Shown: positions 30,502 to 40,714, counted from the first letter of the stretch. The stretch is DNA of 64,000 bases from an uncultured Gemmatimonadales bacterium (GCA_963828735.1 CAWHFW010000005.1:2432001-2496000), one strand, 5' to 3'. Notes: a model not told the origin generated them from the letters alone. Translations and numbers: made by a program.

Positions 30502-31094
30502 TGAGAGCCGCCACCTCGAGAGGACCCGCCCCCAGCCGTAAGGAAGCCACCCACGAGCGCATCGTGGAGACCGCCGCCCGTGCCATTCGGCGGAGCGGGT
30601 ACGATGGCGCTGGCGTGGCCGAGATCATGAAGGAGGCAGGCCTCACCCACGGCGGCTTCTACGCTCACTTCGACTCGCGCGAAGGGATGTTGGCCGAAGC
30701 GGCAGACCGGGCCGGCGCTGACACAGTGGCCTTCCTGACGCGGGTCGCCGCTGCGGCACCGGCCAAGCAGGAGCTCGAGGCCATGCTCCGCAGCTATCTC
30801 TCGAAGGAGCATGTGGCAGCCCTCGACGGCGGATGCGCCGTCGCCGCGCTCGGCTCGGAGATGCCACGCCAGTCGACCAAGGTGCGCCGGGCCGCCACCC
30901 GCCGGATCAAGGAGATGATCGATCTGGTCGCTCGCCAGTCGCCGGATTGGGGCCAGCCTGGTGCGCACCAGCGCGCGCTCGTCACCATGGCTACAGCGCT
31001 CGGAGCCTTGGTCCTGGCCCGCGCCGTGGACGACCCCAAGCTCTCCGATGCGGTGCGCGAGGCGGCCCTGAACCATCTCACCCGAACAGGCTGA
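30501..31094 (+). CDS. TetR/AcrR family regulator
   Basis: THERIVETAARAIRRSGYDGAGVAEIMKEAGLTHGGFYAHFDSRE HTH. Confidence 0.95.
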   Translation: MRAATSRGPAPSRKEATHERIVETAARAIRRSGYDGAGVAEIMKEAGLTHGGFYAHFDSREGMLAEAADRAGADTVAFLTRVAAAAPAKQELEAMLRSYLSKEHVAALDGGCAVAALGSEMPRQSTKVRRAATRRIKEMIDLVARQSPDWGQPGAHQRALVTMATALGALVLARAVDDPKLSDAVREAALNHLTRTG

Positions 31095-31130
31095 TACTAT
31101 GCGCCGGTGCCGGATTTGCGTTTGCCTAGG

Positions 31131-31150
31131 AATATGATGATCGTCATATT
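31131..31150. promoter_or_regulatory. Second copy of the TetR operator, upstream of the SDR gene
   Basis: AATATGATGATCGTCATATT, a near-perfect palindrome whose 16-bp core differs from the first operator at one base. Confidence 0.7.
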
Positions 31151-31189
31151 GCAGTTGAAGAATGGACCCCAAGAGAAAGCGAGCACGGT

Positions 31190-32014
31190 ATGGCAGGCAA
31201 TCAGCAGCAGACTCGGCCCGTGGCGATCGTGACGGGCGTATCGGGAGGGATCGGCGAGGCCACCGCGCGGGCGCTTCACTCGGCCGGCTATCGGGTGTTC
31301 GGCACCTCACGCCGGGCGCCAGCGACGAAGTCGCCGGGGATCGAATACCTGGTGTGCGATGTGACCAGCGAGGAGTCGGTGCAGGCCGCGGTCGGTGAAG
31401 TGCTGTCCAAGGCAGGCCGCGTCGATCTCCTGGTCAACAACGCCGGGGTGGGATTAGTCGCCGGCGCGGAGGAGTCGTCGCTAGAACAGGCGAAGTCCCT
31501 CTTCGACGTCAACCTGTTCGGCCTGATTCGCATGACCAAGGCCGTCCTTCCCACCATGCGGAATCAGCGGGCGGGACGGATCGTCAACCTCAGCTCGGTC
31601 ATGGGGCTGATCCCGGCGCCGTTCATGGCCCTGTACGCAGCCAGCAAACACGCGGTGGAAGGCTATTCCGAGTCGCTGGACCATGAGATCAGGGGCTCGG
31701 GTGTCCGAGTGGTGCTGGTCGAGCCGGCTTATACCCGGACCGCTTTCGAAGGGAACGTCTACCAGGCAGACCAGCAGCTCGATGTCTACCGGTCGGCGCG
31801 AACGAATGCCGAGGGAGTTCTGCGGGATGGGATGAAAACCGCCGACACGCCGGAGCTGGTCGCGAGCGCTGTGGTGAAGGCCTCCACTGAGCTCAATCCG
31901 CGCCGCCGCTACACCGCAGGACGGGCCGCGCGCCAGATCAGTCTGCTCCGGCGCTTTGTTCCCACCGCGGCGTTCGACAAGAGTCTGCGGAAACAGATGC
32001 GCTTACCCGCTTGA
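31190..32014 (+). CDS. Short-chain dehydrogenase/reductase
   Basis: TGVSGGIG, NNAG, S..YAASK catalytic motif. Confidence 0.95.
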   Translation: MAGNQQQTRPVAIVTGVSGGIGEATARALHSAGYRVFGTSRRAPATKSPGIEYLVCDVTSEESVQAAVGEVLSKAGRVDLLVNNAGVGLVAGAEESSLEQAKSLFDVNLFGLIRMTKAVLPTMRNQRAGRIVNLSSVMGLIPAPFMALYAASKHAVEGYSESLDHEIRGSGVRVVLVEPAYTRTAFEGNVYQADQQLDVYRSARTNAEGVLRDGMKTADTPELVASAVVKASTELNPRRRYTAGRAARQISLLRRFVPTAAFDKSLRKQMRLPA

Positions 32015-32047
32015 AGCTATTCACGATTGCGCCTGAGGAGGCCCCCA

Positions 32048-32542
32048 ATGTTCACCAGAATCCAGAGTCCTGCGTTTGCGGTGCTGAGCCTGGGGCTCGT
32101 ATCCATCGGACACTCGCCGAATCGTCAGATTGTGACTCCGGCCGATACGGCAAGTCAGAATAACAAGATCGAGTTGTCCTATCATGTGAAGGCGATCAAG
32201 CGCGACAGCTCGGGACAGTACACCATGTCGGGTACGGTGAATGGCGAGCGGCAGGGTAAGGCGACCCTCGTGTTCGGCTTCGACGAGGGGTCGTCCGGGC
32301 AAGCCGGCAAGATACTGGTTCATTCGTACTGGGTAGTCACCGCGGTGCCGGCTTCAGAATCGTTCAAAGCAAAGTTGAGTGGAACCGCCGAGGCGGTCTC
32401 GGGTCAGACCCACCTGGTCGGCAAGATCACCGAAGGCGCCAACAAGGGGCATCGGGTCGAGACCAGCAGCCGGCTGCTCAACTTCGGACCTAACCATTCG
32501 CTCAGTGACATCGACGGCAACATGACTATTGACGGGAAGTAA
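32048..32542 (+). CDS. Secreted beta-rich hypothetical protein
   Basis: AGGAGG RBS, signal-like N-terminus, alternating beta-strand pattern. Confidence 0.6.
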   Translation: MFTRIQSPAFAVLSLGLVSIGHSPNRQIVTPADTASQNNKIELSYHVKAIKRDSSGQYTMSGTVNGERQGKATLVFGFDEGSSGQAGKILVHSYWVVTAVPASESFKAKLSGTAEAVSGQTHLVGKITEGANKGHRVETSSRLLNFGPNHSLSDIDGNMTIDGK

Positions 32543-32619
32543 GGGGTCGCAGAATGACCCCCATATCATGGGCTTTGCCGACAGGGCTGCCTCAGACAGC
32601 GACAGGGGCCCCCGACGGT

Positions 32620-32812
32620 GCGGTGTCCCACCGGGCGCGATGTTCGTGCCCCGGCCGCCCACGTAGCCGAGCCAGATGTTGAGCATGCCGAGCGGCTCCA
32701 GGTAGCGAGCGTTGGCGAGCGGGCCGCCATCCACCGGCTCGAACCCTATGCTCCCGGCCAGTCGGCGCACCGTATCCTTGGCGTCGGCTTCGTCGCCCGC
32801 GTAGAAGACCTC
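32620..32812 (-). pseudogene. C-terminal fragment of an NADPH-dependent F420-reductase-like oxidoreductase
   Basis: VFYAGDEADAKDTVRRLAGSIGFEPVDGGPLANARYLEPLGMLNIWLGY. The N-terminal Rossmann part is missing and the fragment ends next to the R3 arm. Confidence 0.75.
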
Positions 32813-32853
32813 TGACAAGAGATCGGCGCAAAGCCTCTCGGTTTGAGAGTGTG

Positions 32854-33088
32854 ACAAACTCTAACATTTGAGTGAGTAAAGTACGGCAAAGTCCAGCATG
32901 AAACCCAGCAAACTCCAGCATCGGGTGACACGAACTCGCGCAAATGACTGCAAGTTGCTGGAATTCGGCTGGTTCTGCGGGTCCCTCTGGATCAGGAGAG
33001 TCCTGGTTCGAGCCCAGGAGGGGCAATGAAGCCCGGCAACGACTTAGCCGTTGTCGGGCTTCGTCTATTTACCCGCCTGCCGTAGGTT
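32854..33088 (+). repeat. att-like junction R3 (tRNA half 32985-33026)
   Basis: Arm, 42-nt tRNA half, AAGCCCGGCAACG hairpin, then CCCGCCTGCCGTAG. Confidence 0.95.
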
Positions 33089-33099
33089 CTCTGCTCTGC

Positions 33100-33400
33100 C
33101 TAGCCTACAATCCGCAGCTGTCTCGGAGCGTTCATCACCCGGAGCATCGACGCCTCATCGGTCTGCTGGTAGCACGTGAGACGGGTGTTGGTGTCTCTCC
33201 AACCCCCAGTTGCTTTCACGTCAACCAGTGGGAGATCCTTCCGCTCCCGTAACCCTTCCGCCGGAACGGATGCCAAGCACCTCCCTTCAGGTGTTCCAGA
33301 CCGGCTTTCTGTTCCGCCACGAGGAGTTGTTCTCCAAAGATCTCGCGGGGCCGGAGTCGCGTCAGAGTGTGGGAAAGATCGTGTGGGTGTGAGGTGCTCG
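33100..33400 (-). pseudogene. Tyrosine recombinase C-terminal remnant (frameshifted)
   Basis: REIFGEQLLVAEQKAGLEHLKGGAWHPFRRK / ERKDLPLVDVKATGGWRDTNTRLTCYQQTDEASMLRVM, showing HxxR, W and the catalytic Y. Confidence 0.8.
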
Positions 33401-33561
33401 TACACTCGCCCTGCCACACTCGCCCTGCCACTCCACGAGGTGGCGGCCGGGTTGCATGAGAACCTCGGCTGCGGTCGGAAACGGACTCCTATGGTGTACG
33501 CCGTCCCGAGGATCGTAAGAGCCTTGGCAGCCCTTTGCCGGGAGGCATGACCCCCGTCCGA

Positions 33562-34123
33562 TTATCCTCCAGCTGCCCGCCGCAACTCCCGGGCGGCGAC
33601 AACTAAATCCAATGTCTGCACCCGCATCGTGCGACTCAGTTTCCAGTGCCAAGGCGAGCTTGCTCAATCCGGCGTGCGCCCGCACGATCTCAATCTCAGC
33701 GGCGGCCGCCAGGTCGGTGGCGCGGGTGATGGCGTCACGCACCGCGTGGTGGAGGTCGTCGGCGGTGAATGGTTTGAGTAGCACCCGGACGGGAGTGTCC
33801 GACGACTCGATATAGGGCACCGCGTCGGGATCGGCGGACATGCAGAGAAGGGCGACGCTCGGCCGATACCGTCTCAGCGTTTCGGAGACCTGACGCCCAT
33901 CAATTCGCGGCATCGAGAGGTCGGTCAGGACCAGATTGAACGGCTCGGTGCGCGCTTGAATGAGTCGCAGTGCGGACTCACCGTCCGGAGCCTCCTCGAC
34001 GTGAAAGCCTTCGGCTTCGAGCATGCGGCGGAGGATCCCGCGCACCGACAGGTCATCATCGACCACTAGCACGGTGGCTCCATACCAGATCGGACCGTGG
34101 GCCGTGGTAGGAACTTCGGCCAT
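33562..34123 (-). CDS. Response-regulator receiver protein, probable frameshift near 33640
   Basis: VLVVDDD, LVLTDLSMPRIDG, MSA, LLKPF. A plausible helical tail SRTMRVQTLDLVVAARELRRAAGG* lies in a second frame. Confidence 0.8.
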
Positions 34124-34204
34124 GTGGCATCTGCCGGGAGTGGGTTACCGGCGCGTGACTGGGCTACCTGATGCTAACGCCGTTCGAAGTGTTTGTCACG
34201 AAAC

Positions 34205-34322
34205 CGAGCCGACCACGACGAGCCCAACCTGATCATCCAGCGTGCCGGCTAGCGCCAGTGCTTCTTCCTTGTCTCCAGCCGTGAACACGACGTAGCCGGA
34301 CTTCGCAAGCATCCTGGCCGTT
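34205..34322 (-). pseudogene. Fragment of a second receiver domain
   Basis: Manual translation TARMLAKSGYVVFTAGDKEEALALAGTLDDQVGLVVVGS. Confidence 0.5.
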
Positions 34323-34579
34323 TACGGCCGCCCCAGCCTCTTCCTGGGCGTTGAAAGGAAGGCCGTCTGCCTCGTCGTGTATCCGGTGGTGCACTTTCGA
34401 CTCTATGACCTGGTCGATCGTCATTTTCTCCCGTTCACGGGTAGGCAGCATGTTCGAGGTGCGTCTGCGCGAGCCCGGCGACTACCCTTCGTCAGCCATA
34501 CTTTCGCAGATGCCACCAAGGAGGCGGTCGGGGTGCTTCGCGTCCTCCCCCCGTGTCGCGGGACGGTGAGGGCCGATCG

Positions 34580-34924
34580 ATGAAGGTCTACGATCCTGCG
34601 ATCGTCGCACGAGAGGCGTTTGCCGCGCACCCAGCGCGACCGGCCATGGCCGTCGTGCACGACGCACCGGACGCCCGGCTCGTCGTCTTCCGCCTCGCCG
34701 CGGGTCAAGCCGTCCCGGTACATACCTCCGTGTCCTCGGTGGTGCTCCACGTCCTCTCGGGGTCGGGGCTGGTGAGCAGCGCCGATGGCGAGCGTGATGT
34801 GCGCGCCGGCATGGTCGTTGCCTACGAGCCCCAGGAACCTCACGGGATGCGAGCGCTGGCCGAGTTGATCGTGCTCGCCGTCATCGCCCCTCGGCCGGCA
34901 AGCCGCCGAGGCCCTTTGGAGTAG
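34580..34924 (+). CDS. Cupin-domain protein (copy 1)
   Basis: LVVFRLAAGQAVPVHTS..VLSGSG..YEPQEPHGMRA; nearly identical to 42396-42743. Confidence 0.85.
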   Translation: MKVYDPAIVAREAFAAHPARPAMAVVHDAPDARLVVFRLAAGQAVPVHTSVSSVVLHVLSGSGLVSSADGERDVRAGMVVAYEPQEPHGMRALAELIVLAVIAPRPASRRGPLE

Positions 34925-34960
34925 CGCAGCTGGAATTTCCCAAGCGCTGGCCGTCTAGGC

Positions 34961-35043
34961 AGCCCAGGAGGGGCAATCAAGCCCGGCAACGACTTCGGTC
35001 GTGCCGGGCTTCCGCCAATCTGGTGTGTGAGTCAGTGAGTGAG
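34961..35043 (+). repeat. Right-half junction R3b (last 16 nt of tRNA + hairpin + TGAGT arm)
   Basis: AGCCCAGGAGGGGCAA-TCAAGCCCGGCAACGAC..GTGCCGGGCTT..TGTGTGAGTCAGTGAGTGAG. Confidence 0.9.
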
Positions 35044-35282
35044 TTGCTTCGCAGATTCCCGCGCGGCGCAGCGCGATCTCGACTGGGCTCGCTACAGAAA
35101 TACGGGGGCGCGGCGAGCAGGTCCAGCAGCTCGAGGGCCGGAGGATCTGCGCAGCAACGGTACGGCGGAGCTTGGCGCTCGTTACCTTTCCTCGGGAGGT
35201 GCTGTACGTCTATAGGTGTCACTGTTCTTGCAGCCACGGCGTGTGTGATGCGCAACGAGCAGGCCGCGGAAAGGAGCTCATC

Positions 35283-35636
35283 ATGACTGGGCCGACGCCT
35301 CACCTGTCGAAGGAACTCCCGCCCGGGACCCAGGACTACTTAGCGCATAGGCTGGACGGTGCGCGCGATCTCTACCTGCTGGCGCTGGCTTTGGGCGACC
35401 GCCCGGAGGGGTCCGCTCTCGTCGGGCGAATGATCCGTGAGGCCCGCATCCACTTCGCGGCAGTGATCGAGGAAGCGCGGATCGCCGGGCTCGCCACGGG
35501 CGCTATCGCCGTGATGCTCGGCAAGCGGAACATCGAGTTGGCCGACAGCATCCGGCCCGAGCTGTGGGCGGGCGTCGAACAGCTCCTCGCCGAACGAGCC
35601 GCCCGCAAAGTACCGGCGCGGCGCGGTCGGCCCTGA
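35283..35636 (+). CDS. Hypothetical protein
   Basis: AAGGAG RBS and ATG; helical protein-like composition; upstream of the SnoaL gene. Confidence 0.55.
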   Translation: MTGPTPHLSKELPPGTQDYLAHRLDGARDLYLLALALGDRPEGSALVGRMIREARIHFAAVIEEARIAGLATGAIAVMLGKRNIELADSIRPELWAGVEQLLAERAARKVPARRGRP

Positions 35637-35649
35637 CCGCGGAGGGTGC

Positions 35650-36105
35650 ATGGAGGATGAGCTGCAGCAGTTGGTCGAGAAGGACCGCATCATCGACACC
35701 ATCAACCAGCTGTTCATCAGCACGGACACCCGTGACTGGCCGACGGTGCGGGCCTGCTTCGCCGACACGGTCGACTTCGACATGACATCGCTCCCGGGGG
35801 GCAAAGCGAGCCAGTTGACGCCGGACCAGATCGCCGCCGCATGGGAGGAAGGCCTTCGGTCACTCCAGGCCATCCACCACCAAGTCGGCAATTACCGAGT
35901 CAACCTCGAGGGCGAGCAGGCGACGGCCTTCTGCTATGGCACCGCCTCCCACTACCGGCCGACGCGGTCCGGACGGAACATCCGCGTGTTCGTGGGCAGC
36001 TACGATCTCCATCTACGGAGCGTCGAGGGTCGCTGGCAGATTGATGGTCTCCGCTTCACCCTCAAGTACATGGATGGCAACGCAGAGCTCGAGAAGGGCG
36101 AGTGA
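35650..36105 (+). CDS. SnoaL/NTF2-like (scytalone-dehydratase-like) protein
   Basis: IIDTINQLFISTDTRDW..FADTVDFD..HHQVGN..GSY..GRWQI. Confidence 0.85.
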   Translation: MEDELQQLVEKDRIIDTINQLFISTDTRDWPTVRACFADTVDFDMTSLPGGKASQLTPDQIAAAWEEGLRSLQAIHHQVGNYRVNLEGEQATAFCYGTASHYRPTRSGRNIRVFVGSYDLHLRSVEGRWQIDGLRFTLKYMDGNAELEKGE

Positions 36106-36227
36106 TCCGTCGCTGGACTGCACATCGATCGCCTTCACCCGTTCACGTCGAGCGACGCTTCATCGACCCCGCACTGCTTCCCTACGCGCAAGTCGGCCTT
36201 CGGATTGGAAGTCGCGGAAAGAAGGCA

Positions 36228-36490
36228 GCAAACCGTGACATCTGAGTGAGTGAAACACAGCAACGTGCGGCACGAAATCCATCAAACGCCAGCATCGGGT
36301 GACACGAACTCGCGTGAATGCGTGCAAGTTGCTGGAATTCGGCTGCTCACCATGGCCCCTCTGGATCAGAAGAGCCCTGGTTCACCTTCGGTGGCCTTCG
36401 GCTCGAGCCCAGGAGGGGAATCAAGCCCGGCAACGACTTCGGTCGTGCGGGGCTTTCGCCTATCTGGGGGTGTGTGAGTTAGTGAGCGAG
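36228..36490 (+). repeat. att-like junction R4 (degenerate; 21-nt insertion in the T-loop)
   Basis: Diverged arm; CTCTGGATCAGAAGAGCCCTGGTTC[ACCTTCGGTGGCCTTCGGCTC]GAGCCCAGGAGGGGAA; hairpin; TGTGTGAGTTAGTGAGCGAG. Confidence 0.9.
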
Positions 36491-36513
36491 TTGCTTCGTG
36501 GATTCCCACGCGC

Positions 36514-36690
36514 TCACTTGTGACTCGGACTCGCCGGGTCAGTGCGAGCGGTCGGGGATCGCTCGAACTCGACCACCGACCGCAGGGTGTCGTCGTCGCA
36601 CTGCCGATAGCACTGCTGCAATGTCCCGATGTCGAGCCAGCCGCCCCCCGCCGCCACACCCAAGGAGATGGGGGGTGCTCCATGACGCGC
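36514..36690 (-). pseudogene. Tyrosine recombinase extreme C-terminal remnant
   Basis: VAAGGGWLDIGTLQQCYRQCDDDTLRSVVEF aligns by eye with the GGW..T...CY...D stubs at 33.1, 41.1 and 53.7 kb. Confidence 0.7.
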
Positions 36691-36701
36691 CAGCCGGCGT
36701 A

Positions 36702-38075
36702 TCACTTCTCGCGCGGCTCCGAGAGCCTTCGCTCGTACCAGGAGAGAAGTGGCCGTGCGCTGATGCCGTGCAGCAGGATGCTGGCCGCAACGACGGAGAT
36801 CGTCACCCCCGCCAGCTCTGTCGCGGCCGGACCCGAGACGCCGTGGCTCAGGGCGTAGCTCAGGTAGTAGAGGCTCCCGATTCCGCGAATGCCGAACCAC
36901 CCCATGAGCCAGCGCTGCGAGTTCGTGGTCGGCGTGCCCACGAGCATCAGCCGGGTCGCGCCCGGGCGGATCACCAGCATGAGCAGGAGCGCGAGGGGAA
37001 CGGCCCGCAGGTCCCAGTGAGTCGTGAGGCACACCCCCACCAGAACCACCAGCAGCAGTTCAACCAGTCGCTCGACCGTATCACCGAACGAGATCGTCTC
37101 CGCCACCAGCACGCCCGCGGCGACTGCCGGCTCTCGCAGCTCCTCCGCCCCGACGCTCGCGCCGACCAGGTCCTCCGCCGGCGGATGTGACGAGGCCTCG
37201 GTCGCGGGATCCCTTACTGGCGGTGCCGGGCTCCGTACCTGCTCGGGATGCGGCGTCTCCCGCGTCACGTGCAGCTCGGCGTGGCGCAGGCCGACGCCGG
37301 CGGCGAAGGTCGCCAGGAATCCCCACGCGCCGATGGTTTCGGCGCCGACATAGGAGAGCGCGATGAGGGCGAGCGCCAGGAAGTCGCTCGGCGCATGGGT
37401 GTCCTGCTGCAGGCTGCGGAGCCAGATGGCTACTCGCCCCACCGCGCGGCCGAGCCCGAAGCCCAGGAGCAGACCGACGGGCACCGCCCACACTACCCGC
37501 GCCAGCACCCATTCGCCGATCCAGCCCCCTGGGCCGCCGTGCTCCGCCCAGATCAGGGCGAGGACGACGAAGGGAAACGCCGCGCCGTCGTTCAACCCGG
37601 CTTCGCCCGATAGCCCGTAGCGCACCCGGTCGTGGTCGGTGGCGCTATCCACCTTTACCATGCTGGCCAGCACCGGGTCGGTCGGGGCGAGCACCGCGCC
37701 CGCCAGCAGGGCCATCGCCGGATCCAGCCCGAGCAGCAGGTGGGCACACAACGCCACGCCGAGGATGCTCGCCACCATCACGGGCCCGGCGAGGCGATAC
37801 GCCGCGACCCAGGCGGGGTGCCGCAACGGCAGCCGCAGTTTAAGCCCGCCCACGAAGAGCGCGACGATCACCGCGATCGCAGTGAGCCGTTCGAACCACG
37901 GCCCCGCCTCGCGCAGGTCGATGCGTAGCCACCCGAAGCCAAGCGGACCGATGGCCACGCCCAGCGCCAGATAGATAGCCGACGTCGAGATCGGGAGGTT
38001 CCGCAGATAGGCGGAGGAGAGTGCCATCAGCAGCAGCACGAGGCCGCCGAGCGCCATCCAGCCGAGAAAGCTCAT
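36702..38075 (-). CDS. Cation:proton antiporter (CPA1/NhaP-like)
   Basis: LAPTDPVLA, SGEAGLNDG, WFGIRGIGS and many TM helices. Confidence 0.9.
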   Translation of the reverse strand: MSFLGWMALGGLVLLLMALSSAYLRNLPISTSAIYLALGVAIGPLGFGWLRIDLREAGPWFERLTAIAVIVALFVGGLKLRLPLRHPAWVAAYRLAGPVMVASILGVALCAHLLLGLDPAMALLAGAVLAPTDPVLASMVKVDSATDHDRVRYGLSGEAGLNDGAAFPFVVLALIWAEHGGPGGWIGEWVLARVVWAVPVGLLLGFGLGRAVGRVAIWLRSLQQDTHAPSDFLALALIALSYVGAETIGAWGFLATFAAGVGLRHAELHVTRETPHPEQVRSPAPPVRDPATEASSHPPAEDLVGASVGAEELREPAVAAGVLVAETISFGDTVERLVELLLVVLVGVCLTTHWDLRAVPLALLLMLVIRPGATRLMLVGTPTTNSQRWLMGWFGIRGIGSLYYLSYALSHGVSGPAATELAGVTISVVAASILLHGISARPLLSWYERRLSEPREK

Positions 38076-38155
38076 TGTGCTCAACGCCCCGTTGGTTCCA
38101 TCGCGTGCGGGCTAGTCGGAGGCGACGGCGCTGCGGTGGAGCCGGCGTTGTTCGG

Positions 38156-39262
38156 CTACTCCTCCCGCACGCCGATGTCGGAGCGAACTGGCCTGGACCC
38201 GGGTCTCGACGCCGAGACCATGCCCCAGACCGCGATGAACATCGCGGCGATCACCGGCCCGAGGACGAAGCCGTTGATGCCGAAGATTGCTATGCCGCCC
38301 AGGGTGGAGATCAGCACGACGTAGTCGGGCATCCTGGTGTCCTTGCCGACCAGGATCGGGCGCAACACGTTGTCCACCAAGCCGATAACGAGCACGCCGT
38401 ACGCAGTCAGCACGATGCCCTGCCAGATCGCACCGGTCGCCAGGAAGTAGAGCGCGACCGGCAGCCAGACCAGCGCAGTGCCCACCGCAGGCAGCAGGGA
38501 CAGCAGGGCCATCAATGCGGCCCAGAGCGCCGGCGCGTGGATCCTCAGTAGCCAAAAGATCAGACCCCCGAGCGCGCCTTGCACGACGGCGACGACGAGG
38601 GTGCCTTTGACCGTGGCACGGATGACGCCGGTGAACCGGCTGACGAGCGTCCGCATTTGCTCCGGGTGCAACGGAATCGCCGCCCTGATACGCTCGACCA
38701 GTGCGTCGCCGTCGCGCAGCAGAAAGAACAGCAGGTAGAGCATGACGAACAGGCTGAGAACGAAGTTGAGCGTGTTCTGGCCGAGGTTCAACGCCTGTCC
38801 CGCAAGGAACTGGCTGCTCGTCCTCAGTGCAGCCGACAGCCTCTCCTGCACCAGGCCCAGGTTCGTTAACCCGAATCGGTCCAGCAGGCTCGTGACCCAT
38901 CCGGGCAACGCGTTGAAGGCCTGCTGAAGATACCGGCCGATGTCAAACTCTCCCGACTGGATCCTTTCGTACACGCCGGCCCCTTCCTGCACCAGCAAGG
39001 CCGTGATCAGCGTCAGCGGCAGAATCACCAGCACCAGGATCATCACGAGCGTGGCGAACGCCGCAAGCGTGCGCCGCTGCCGCATGGACCGCAGCTGCCG
39101 CCGGTAGAGCGGTGCGAAGACGATCGCGAGGATCACCCCCCACAGCACCGCCCCGAAGAACGGCCAGACGATCCAGGCGAAGGCGAGCGTTACCGCGACG
39201 AGCAGAACCAGGAACGTCTTGTCTTCGAGGGCGGGAGATTCCGCTTGGCGTGGCGGCGTCAC
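38156..39262 (-). CDS. AI-2E family transporter
   Basis: LFFLLRDG, VVAVVQGALGG, LPAVGTALVWLP, DNVLRPILVG, FGINGFVLGP. Start approximate. Confidence 0.9.
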   Translation of the reverse strand: MTPPRQAESPALEDKTFLVLLVAVTLAFAWIVWPFFGAVLWGVILAIVFAPLYRRQLRSMRQRRTLAAFATLVMILVLVILPLTLITALLVQEGAGVYERIQSGEFDIGRYLQQAFNALPGWVTSLLDRFGLTNLGLVQERLSAALRTSSQFLAGQALNLGQNTLNFVLSLFVMLYLLFFLLRDGDALVERIRAAIPLHPEQMRTLVSRFTGVIRATVKGTLVVAVVQGALGGLIFWLLRIHAPALWAALMALLSLLPAVGTALVWLPVALYFLATGAIWQGIVLTAYGVLVIGLVDNVLRPILVGKDTRMPDYVVLISTLGGIAIFGINGFVLGPVIAAMFIAVWGMVSASRPGSRPVRSDIGVREE

Positions 39263-39289
39263 GGCGTCCGCTCGCACGGCGCCATCAGG

Positions 39290-40070
39290 TCCACCGTTGT
39301 CGCAGCACGAACGATGTTGCGCAGCATTCCGGCAATCACCATCGATGAATCCCCCACAGCCCATACCAATAGAACAGCCCCCGGACCGCGACGGGATCGA
39401 AGATCGCGGTCTGCCGTATGAGACTGCCGCCGGCCGCCCACGTCACCTCGAGCTGAAGCCATGCCCGCCCCGGCACCCGCATTTCCGCCGCGAGTCTGAG
39501 TAGCCGCCCGGGCTCCACCGCTTCCACCCGCCAGAAGTCCAAGGCGTCCCCCGGCATCACAGACGCCGGATCCCGCCGGCCCCGCCGCATCCCCGGTCCA
39601 CCCACCACGATGTCGAGAAGCCCACGCAGCCGCCAGAGAGTATTCCCATAGTACCAGCCCGCATCCCCCCCCCGATGCGCGAAATGGGCTGGAATGCCTT
39701 CCTACACCACTGTCGCGTTGCGCACCCGGTCTATCAGCTCTCGTCCCACCTGCGCGTGGACCGGCGAGACCAGCGCTGGCCAGAGGCTCGAGAGCCGCGG
39801 CGCGAGCAGGGGCACGGGAATCATTAGTCGTCTCAACCCTCGGAGCCGCGCGTACTCCCGCATGAGATCGCCGTAGGAAACCCGGTCGGGTTCCCCGATC
39901 TCGTAGACCACGCTCTCTAAGGCTGGGAGATCGAGGGCCTCCACCAAATACGCGGCGAGATCCTCGACGCCGATCGGCTGAGTCGGTGTGTACCACCCGG
40001 CTTGGGGTCACCATCGCCGGGAGCTTCACCACCAGTGAGCGGCCCAGCTCGAACGAAAGGCTGCCGGAGG
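39290..40070 (-). pseudogene. Fragmented DUF2867 / NAD(P)-binding SDR-like gene
   Basis: Pieces in several frames: YEIGEPDRVSYGDLM..IPVPLLAPRLSSLW and VGGPGMRRGRRDP..DFWRVEAVEPGRLLRLAAEMRVPGRAWL..GLFYWY. Confidence 0.8.
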
Positions 40071-40297
40071 GTGGGCGAGAGGCCTCAGACCCGAATGGGT
40101 AGGTATTTGACCCGGCATCGTGCGATCTGCGAATAGCATGGCACACCAGAACTGTGCTCAAGCTGCACGGCGCCCGATGAAGCGAGGATGAACCTGGGGT
40201 GAAACCCCGATGACGGAAGGCATCTTCATGCTTACTTCAGCCGGTACTACACTTCCCTCGAATAGCTTCTCTTTGACTCCCAACGTGAGTGCACGGC

Positions 40298-40714
40298 ATG
40301 CTTCAGCACACTACCCGGTATGGCATCAGTACCACCGTCTCCTTGCCCTATGCCCAGGCCGTGGAACGGACTCGCGACGCGCTGGCGAATGAAGGGTTCG
40401 GTGTTCTCACCGAGATTGATGTGGCGGCGACGCTGCGGAAGAAGCTGGAGGTTGAGTTCCGGCCCTACATCATTCTGGGCGCCTGTAACCCGCCTCTGGC
40501 CCACCGGGCGCTCGAGGCCGAGCTGGAGATCGGGCTGCTGCTGCCCTGCAATGTTATCGTCTACGCGGCCGATGATCCGGAACACACGGTGGTGGCAGCG
40601 CTCGATCCGGTCGAGGCCCTGAGCCTGAGCGGGAACGATGCCATTCAGCCGATAGCGGAAGACGTCCGGCGACGGCTCCAACGTGTCTTAACGACTGTCG
40701 AAGGGATGAGCTAG
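40298..40714 (+). CDS. DUF302 protein
   Basis: EGFGVLTEIDV..PYIILGACNP..IGLLLPCNVIV. Confidence 0.9.
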   Translation: MLQHTTRYGISTTVSLPYAQAVERTRDALANEGFGVLTEIDVAATLRKKLEVEFRPYIILGACNPPLAHRALEAELEIGLLLPCNVIVYAADDPEHTVVAALDPVEALSLSGNDAIQPIAEDVRRRLQRVLTTVEGMS

